DNA of 64,000 bases from assembly GCA_004431415.1 (NCBI GenBank), contig QPMI01000633.1, positions 79,497 to 143,496 of the forward strand, read 5' to 3'. Position numbers and translations under genes: made by a program. The notes under the pieces are model-generated. The model ran no database searches and was not told the origin of the DNA. It saw only the letters and a program-made list of their open reading frames with translations. Source of the stretch: Cyanophora paradoxa CCMP329. Taxonomy: Eukaryota; Plantae; Glaucophyta. Position 1 is the first letter of the stretch, and each line of letters begins with the position of its first letter. This document shows, piece after piece, positions 56,626 through 64,000 of the stretch.

Positions 56626-58014
56626 TCTATTTCCTCTGACCACTCCGTAAATTAAATCGAGTTTGGGTGCAGTATATGTTCCTTGTGGTTGAAAAGTCAT
56701 TATACATCTCTGACTGTTAACTTCTGATAATTTCTGGGTTCCTGCTATGGTCAACTTCTTTAATTCTTTCTCTACTCTACCCTTCTTTTGTGCTCTTGCT
56801 TCTGTAAGGGTTCTTTTGGAACTTCACTTGCTTTTCTATGCCCTCCTTTCTGATTGCTGAATCAACCCTGGCTTCCTCTTTTGCCTGTTCAAGGGCATCC
56901 ACTGTGGGAGTTTCATGATACTCAACACTTTAATGGGCAGCAGTTCATGAAAAGCGAATCTACCATCAACTATCTCACCACTGGACTTCTGATTCTGAAC
57001 TTGAAGCCCTCTCTGCCCTCCACACTATAAACAATTCGAGACCAATTAACTCCCTGCTTTGCAAATGGGTTCTTTTCAACTTTCACTCTCACAAACATTC
57101 CAGGTTTCAGGCATCAAGATACTCAATCGATTTCTTGAATCTCTGATCCTCCATATTCACTATCTCTTTGTAGTGGGCTTCTGTGTCTCTGCTGGTTTTC
57201 TCTTGGTTGCAGAGTGAATGGTATTATTATAATTAAACTCATATCACCCAACACATCAAAAAATCGTGCAGTATTATTTGCAATGCAGTAGTTTGTGATC
57301 AATCTCTTGATCTGTCTGTTAAAGGCTTCAATTCGACCTTGGTTCTGTGATCTGCAACATCACTTAGTTGATGCTCAATGAATTTCGTTCCCAAATAATC
57401 TGTGAATAACACATTGTAAATTCGCTTCCACTATCACTCTGAATGCGAACAATAGGTCTGGGGACTCTCTGTTCAAGTTGCTTGAATGCTGCAAGTGTAG
57501 TAAGAGCACTTTTGTCTCTCATTGGAATAATGAACCCTGTTCTCAGGGTTGACTCCATTGCACTCATAAATGTATCATAACCATCATTCTGCTTTTTGTA
57601 TGCAGGAAAGAAGAGCAGATCAATCACATAGGTATCAAGGGGTTGCCTAATTGGAATCATGGGATCTCTCTTTCGAGATAGGGTGGGTGCATTAATTTGG
57701 ACAACCTCCTGCTTATCATACCATTCTCTCATCTTCTTGTAGTTCTCCTCTGGTAGTTCCTGTCTCATTGCAGTAAATCCCTTGTAGCCTGTCCTGGGAT
57801 CATAGAACTTCTTAGCAATCTTTGACTCTTTTGGTGCTGTCTCAGCTGGGAGTGTCTCTGGGATTAATTGCTTGACCATCTCTGATCTTTTTAATATTCG
57901 ACTGCTCTTCTCCTCCACTGGAACTGTGATGGGCAGGATATTCCCTCGATCTTCAATTGCCTCTTTTCTCACAATTCTTGGTGGTTGTCTCAATCCTATT
58001 TGTGTAGAAGGCAT
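56620..58014 (-). CDS. Retroviral-like (rve, DDE) integrase, Polinton type; several apparent frameshifts, 3' end approximate
   Basis: FYDPRTGY, YVIDL, IQSDSGSEF, then in shifted frames QGRIEAFNRQIK and YNNTIHSATKRKP. Confidence 0.88.
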
Positions 58015-58197
58015 CTTTACCTTATCTCTCATATAATAAATGCAAGAGTCTGTGTGGAAGGAGAACACAATTCCAAACTACTTTGCAATTGAGCCCAATG
58101 ATCCAGGATTAAGATGTATATGGCTGCTGCATTTAATTCGCGGTTTGTTACTTCTTGGAGAGCGAAACCAAAGAAAAAGAAAGATCAATGAAGTAGA

Positions 58198-61100
58198 TTA
58201 GAGCCCAAATGGAATGCTGTGAATTCCATCGTCTAATATCTTCCTTTTGCTATCGAGTTGGTTTAGAGCCACCCTTCTGCTCTCCAAATCATATAGGTTG
58301 TGGTCTTGCCTTCGCTTGTTTACTACTGCTACTGTTTTGGTGATGCCTTCAAACAGGCATCTTTTGAAATCATCAAAGTGAACCTCTTTTGAGGAAGTCC
58401 CAGACATCTTTATTTTATCAAAGGTCTCAGTTCTGAAAGCATAGAGTTTCGATCTCAGACCTACATACTCCACAATCTTTGCATTGGGAAACTCGTTTTT
58501 ATATTTACCTGGAATCAAACGATTGCTCCTATCAAAGAGAGGGTGGGAGGGATCATAATTACTGCAATCCAGGTGTTCAGAAATTCGCTTCATCTCATTA
58601 TTTAGATCATTGGTATGCAGCAGTAGGCAGAAAGAATCTGTATCATGGAATAGTAGCTCTGCTGTTTCCCAAGTTCTCCTCACCACATCAAAAAAGAACC
58701 TGCTATTATGGAGTTTCGCAAAATCCAGCACGAAAGCACCAATTGCAACAGGTTTATCTAAGTGAACATGCTTGGAATACATCTCAAAGGCAACAGCATT
58801 TTCGTTTAATACATTGGTTGCCTTGATGAGTGGACTTGCAGCATATTTCTTGCAGAGTTTCTCACTGTTGCAATCTTTACCACAGAGCGACCCCTGCATG
58901 ATTCGAGGCATTTACCATAGATTGCATTGTTCATTAATTTAAAGAAGTCACTCTCGAATCTGGACATAGATTGGCGCCTCAATTTCGTATTTAGATCAAT
59001 ATAACTATTCATAAATGCAGAGGTTGCAAATGAGAGAACCCTGTGAACCTTCGTGATTATAATACCTTTGCTCACAAGATAGACCAAGAGAGGTTGGGAA
59101 ATCACATAGTTGTTTTTGGGTGAGAATGTTGCTGTGAGTTTGGGGTCTTTGCTTATCTTCTCACCTGTGATATCCAGTAACTTTCTTTGATACCCACCCA
59201 GCATTTCGGTGTGACATGCTCTTTATTCACTACAAGTGGAAAATCGTAATGATCTGTGAGAGTTTGTGGGTATTCCAGGTCAACTTCAATGAAGGCACTT
59301 CGTCCTGGGGTCTCTTTAAGTGCCTCTGAGACATCTTCCCATCGAAAATCGCCAATGGCAGTTCTGACTGAGAGCAAACCATACAGATTATTTGCATCCA
59401 AGAGAACTATATGTCATCTGGGTTTTCCACCTTTGCATATCGAGTAGGCATTGTAGCAAACCCACCTCGAATTGCCCTCTCAATAAATTCGTATTGCCCT
59501 ACATCACTGATCTGCTCAATCTTTGCTCTGGTATAAATTAGCATTGCATCCCAGGATAATCCAGGAGCCGAAACATAATGGGCAGGATCTAATCCATATT
59601 GGGAAAACGCCAATTCTCGGAAAGTCTGGAATTTACCCATTAGATCACTTGCATCCACTGCCTGGAAGTCCATGAAATGCGAAGCATCAATGAATTTCCA
59701 CATGCCCCATTGCAGGGAGAGTATTGGTCGAAATTCTTGCTCAGAATCTCAACACGAAGTCTATCATCTTGCTGTGCAATTTTGCGGAATATTTCGTGTC
59801 CACATTCATCCATGTGATCCACACAATTGCTACCTTGGTTTGCTTTGAGATTCTCTGTGGAGGTTGCAGTTTCGGCATGCTTTCCCAATAAATGCTCCTG
59901 ATTGATGAACAAGGTCTCTCACTGGGAAATTCTCATGGGTAAATCGTTCGGCACAGATATAACAGTGTTTAGTGATCTTGTATTGTGCTTTCTGCTCTTC
60001 TGTGAGTGGGTGCATTGGATATTGGTGAATAGAGTGCGGATTACTTGGGGTCTGATCTCTGTGAGAGTGGTAAACAGAGCACCAAGTGGATCTGATCCTC
60101 GAAATGATGAGAGATCACCTCATCCCCCATCACAACTGTTAGAGAAACCGATTTTACCTCTCTTTTACTGCGGTTCTCATCAATTGAACCGAGTGACTAT
60201 CCATTTTTACATAGCAGATAGTGGGAAGCCACACAGTTTTGCGAAGGTGTTGAAGCCCAATGCAATTTGACTTCCAGATTTCGGGCATTTACCTTTGCTC
60301 TCCCTCCAATCAATGCAGCGATTGGCTTCTAAGTGAATGTCCAGCTTCTCCTGAGTTCTGAAACGAGACAGGCAGGTCTCACAGTAATAAATGCGACCAT
60401 CATGGCTTTATCAAAGGTGGTTTTCAGAGTCTACTCAGAGACATGATGGTGATATAATGCCCTCTATCATCCTCTTCGTTTTCGATTAATAAAAGGTTAA
60501 TCTTGGTCTTTCTCCTGGGTTGCTGGATTGATGGAGAGGATAGAAACACTGTGCTTGATTATCTGCACCATAAATGTTGATACTCAGTTCAGGGTTCTGC
60601 TCCTCAAATCGATCAATAACCTCTGCATCACAGGCAACTGGAAACTGGATCCTTCGAAATTGAGTTCGTTTAACCATCTTCTATACTGGCTGGGTTCATT
60701 GCTCTTGTGTTTATTAATATCATTTCGGTGCAGGTAAGCAAGATGCATACTTGAAGCAGTCTTGACCATCAATATTCTTCACATTCACAGTTGCTCTCTT
60801 TGATCCAAATCCACTCAGGTGTTGAGAAGAAGCAACCACCCACAGGAGCATAAGACATTATAACCACTCTCAGCATCTCAATGCGATCCAGTCTGTAACT
60901 GTCCACTTGCATCATCTGCTCCTGCATGGATTGAAGGCATTTCGCAGTTCAACAAATATTTTCGTGATCTTGTGATGACAAAGTAATCACTATAAATGAA
61001 TTTGGTGATCCACAACCCTTGATCACTCACTTGGTGAATTTACAAATGAAGGTCAACCGAGTCTTAATTGCTCTCAGGTCTTGGAGTTTCTGTCTGAGTC

Positions 61101-61451
61101 TCTGAGGTAGAGTGGTGCAATTCTCTCCAAGAATTCAATCCATCTTGATAACCTCCCCTCTTGCTCGATAGGTTAACCAAGAATATGCTTTGTTCATGGC
61201 TTCCCATCCTCAATCTCGGGTTCAATGTTCCCAACCTTAACCTTCATCCCTGATTCCTCCATTTTCTCAAAACGATCATAGAGGCGATTTGTAATTTCTG
61301 TGAGTTGAGATAATCTTGGTCTCCTATCCAAGATTGCTGCCTGGCGATCATATTCGAATTCTGTAATATCACCAGTGACTAAAAGGGTTCCTAAAAGACC
61401 GAGTATTTCGTTTTTCTTTTCTTTGATGATTCTATTGGATTGGCGGGGCAT
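58198..61451 (-). CDS. Protein-primed DNA polymerase B, fragmented by many small indels
   Basis: YGLDPAHYVSAPGLSWDAML, DANNLYG, FFKLMNNAIYGK, HDTDS, GLRSKLY; N-terminus colinear with 1-1724. Confidence 0.92.
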
Positions 61452-61830
61452 CTTTTACTTTAAGGGAACATATTATTTTTGGGCGTTTTAAACGCATTTC
61501 GCATTTTTCAGGTTCTAATGATTCGCACATTCGTGCCTTTGGGGACATATACATTTACTGTGTCGAGTCTGCTTGCATAAACGCTTCTTTTGATAGGTCT
61601 ACCATTAATGCTCTGATCTTTGCAATATATCCGCCACCTCTGCAATATCATTCTTTTCGACAAGCTGCCCGCTGAATTTCATCGAAATAATCCATTTTCT
61701 GTCAGTCAAGGAAAACGCAATCCCTTAAATCGCCAGTCAATTTTTGTCAAAACACACCGATTTCGATACGTTTTTATATTGTCCAATTATTATTCGCGAA
61801 AGTGATCGACCCACAGGGGGGAGTCTGTGG

Positions 61831-61991
61831 TTAATTGGGTGTGACGCCTGTGACGCCTGTGACACCTGTTTTCAGAGGTTTGTAGATTTTTGAAATTTTA
61901 AAAAGTTTGAAAGTAGGCGTCACAGGCGTCACAGGCGTCACACTCAATTAAAAAGGTGTCACAGCTGTCACACAAACCATTTACAGTAAGG
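61831..61991. repeat. Putative replication origin B directly 3' of the primase-helicase
   Basis: TGTGAC(G/A)CC x3 (61840-61866), 49-bp AT core, GGCGTCACA x3 (61916-61942), two further TGTCACA. Confidence 0.78.
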
Positions 61992-62041
61992 TTTTTAAAA
62001 AATAAGAAATTCAATCAGTATTAGAATCGATTCTGTTTTGT

Positions 62042-64000
62042 TTACTCATCCCCACCTTCAACATCACTGTCATCCACCAACTTGCGACTATGCTTCTTTT
62101 TGATCCCAAAGTAGCCACGAGCAAGAACACCATTGACTCGCTTTCTCTCAGCCTTCACATTAAAGACTTCGCGAAGTCTCTTCAAGATAGTGCATTCTGT
62201 GATTTTCTCATCAGATTTGCCCATGTGATCCATCTTAAAGTGACTGATAATGGACTCACTTGTGGCGAAATCCCCTTGACTCTTGGTGAGTTCATAACTC
62301 TCACGAATCCATTCTCCAATCTTGTCATTCTCATTGAAATATTCAACACCTTGATCAACAATGGACTGGGGTGGTTTGGTGACGAATTCATTGAGAGAAT
62401 GGGTTCTCCACATTTCCAGGAGAATGGACATATGCGCCATTTTATAATCGTCATCATTCTTCATTAGGCGCATTAGAGTGGTGTCTGCTTTCTTCTCACC
62501 AGGCTGAGGATCGACCTTGAAGACATTTTCGAATCGGTAGTAGATAATTCGCCTTTGGATTGCTGCATCTGGTTTACTGATTCCCAGGTTGTCATTTGTG
62601 GACAAGAACAACTGGAACATGGGAATGAATGTAACAAGATCTTTGAAAAGAGCTCGAACCTTCATCTCATTCCCACCAGTAACCTGTTTGATTTTGTTCA
62701 GTTGAAGCATATCACCATCTTCTGCTTCATTACTGAAAACAATTCGTTTACCAAGAATGCAAGCGAGTTCTGGGGAAGCCTCTGACGAACTCTTCTTGGG
62801 TTTAGTCCAATATGTCATGTCCAGTGACCCATAATACTCACCAAATGTGTCTTTCACCAACTCTTGGAGCAGTGATTTCCCATTTGCTCCAATTCCAGTC
62901 CAGCAAGTGTATCTCTGATTTTCTGTCAAACCACTCAGGGCATAGGCGATTAATCCCAGCATGAATTCGCGGTCTGTATCCGATTCAATAATATCTGCAT
63001 AGATGGATTTAATCTTTGCAACCTTCTCTTGGTCAATTTCTGTGGTGTAATCGTAGCCAACAGTCTTACTCACCATATCATATGGGAGTCCCTGTCGAAA
63101 AGTCATGGAGTTCAAGTCAAATACACCATTTGTGAACCCAATGATGTTGGGAACAGTATCAAGTCTCTCGAAAAAGGTCTTGTCACTGAACAGAACTGAA
63201 AGATCAGACATAAGTGCAGTTCTGTATGTAGTCTGTTTGAGGCTCTTAGCAATTCCCAGCAGAATCTTTGACCTTTCCTCCAAGGAATTGCGGTTCTCTT
63301 CATCACGAAGAGCTCTCTGTGCGAGTTGAACAGAACGTTGAAGATAAACTGGACAGACCTTGCAGCTCAAACAGAGAAAGATTCGCTTCCCAGTTTCATC
63401 CATCTCCCAAATCCCACATACATCATTGAACTTGAACCAGGTCTTGTTGGAATACTTGTATTTGTCTTGCAGAACAAGATAGGCAACCTGTGCAACATCA
63501 TAATGGGCACCATCAGATCCAGCAGACCGATCAATCAGATTTTCGATATTCGCATCTGTCTCTTCCTTCACACGAATTGTGATAAGTCGCTTCTTGCAGT
63601 TTGCACTGTAACTCGAAACAATATATTTGTCCTTCTCCTTCCCTTGAACAATATACCAATTGTTCGAGTCATGGCTTCCCTTGCAGCAGGGACAGACCAG
63701 ACCTTTGTTCTCAGCAGTGAAATTGTATCCCATCTTGGTCTCATTGATGATTGTGGGCAAGATGAAACCGAATTCTTCGAGTTTAGAAAGAATATGTTTC
63801 TGCAAATTCTCCTCAGCGCACCTTGCATAATAAGAATGTGCACCTTTGGGGAATTCGTAGTTTTCAACAATCCACTTTTGCAACTCAGCAGTGGGTTCAT
63901 TTAACTCACACTCAGATGCCCATGGCTCTCTGATCCATGTTTTGTTGGGACTGGGGCAAACATTAATCACCCCAGCAGTCCCAGTGGATGCAATCGTTTT
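62042..64000 (-). CDS. D5-like primase-helicase (probable Prim-Pol/AEP N-terminus off window, Zn finger, D5_N, SF3, winged helix)
   Basis: Frame open to the window edge; GVINVCPS..KTW, CPCCKGSHDSNN, IGFTNGVFDL, GIGANGKS, IKQVTGG, RGYFGIK. Confidence 0.9.
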   Translation of the reverse strand, partial: KTIASTGTAGVINVCPSPNKTWIREPWASECELNEPTAELQKWIVENYEFPKGAHSYYARCAEENLQKHILSKLEEFGFILPTIINETKMGYNFTAENKGLVCPCCKGSHDSNNWYIVQGKEKDKYIVSSYSANCKKRLITIRVKEETDANIENLIDRSAGSDGAHYDVAQVAYLVLQDKYKYSNKTWFKFNDVCGIWEMDETGKRIFLCLSCKVCPVYLQRSVQLAQRALRDEENRNSLEERSKILLGIAKSLKQTTYRTALMSDLSVLFSDKTFFERLDTVPNIIGFTNGVFDLNSMTFRQGLPYDMVSKTVGYDYTTEIDQEKVAKIKSIYADIIESDTDREFMLGLIAYALSGLTENQRYTCWTGIGANGKSLLQELVKDTFGEYYGSLDMTYWTKPKKSSSEASPELACILGKRIVFSNEAEDGDMLQLNKIKQVTGGNEMKVRALFKDLVTFIPMFQLFLSTNDNLGISKPDAAIQRRIIYYRFENVFKVDPQPGEKKADTTLMRLMKNDDDYKMAHMSILLEMWRTHSLNEFVTKPPQSIVDQGVEYFNENDKIGEWIRESYELTKSQGDFATSESIISHFKMDHMGKSDEKITECTILKRLREVFNVKAERKRVNGVLARGYFGIKKKHSRKLVDDSDVEGGDE

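Larger units (their letters stand above)
44639..64000. mobile_element. Endogenous Polinton/Maverick-like virus B (left part; right end outside window)
   Basis: Sharp GC-to-AT switch at a terminal hairpin; rve integrase, pPolB, D5 helicase, fibres; terminus homologous to the PLV-A end in mirror orientation. Confidence 0.92.

Noticed and set aside
1-64000. A and B as two halves of one element interrupted by host DNA
   Set aside because: Each has its own diverged pPolB, helicase and iterons, and complete termini face the host segment

Overview
The window is a three-part mosaic. (1) 1-12709 is the right part of an AT-rich endogenous Polinton-like virus (PLV-A). It carries a protein-primed PolB, a TVpol-SF3 primase-helicase, a packaging ATPase, a double-jelly-roll major capsid protein and two minor capsid proteins, and it appears to sit inside a host exon. 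(2) 12710-44638 is very GC-rich host DNA from a flagellated protist with many short introns, often GC-AG. It holds a PbH1/GGA-repeat membrane protein, alpha-SNAP, a DEDDh exonuclease, a class I glutamine amidotransferase, CCDC151/ODAD3 and ZMYND12, then about 8 kb of apparently non-coding DNA. (3) 44639-64000 is the left part of a related but distinct element (PLV-B) with AdoMetDC, a fibre-gene array, a patatin-discoidin gene, an rve integrase, pPolB and a D5-like primase-helicase. The strongest signal is a shared non-coding replication architecture. Both termini are 28-bp perfect, compensatorily diverged hairpins with GCGAAGC mini-hairpin loops that could self-prime. Inside them lie a conserved box and a 31-bp repeat array. 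An element-specific iteron/AT-core origin-like module sits directly behind the primase-helicase gene and is copied next to the terminus, and its iteron sequence differs between the elements along with the primase-helicase. All calls are by-eye motif recognition with no database searches, and spliced host gene boundaries are approximate.
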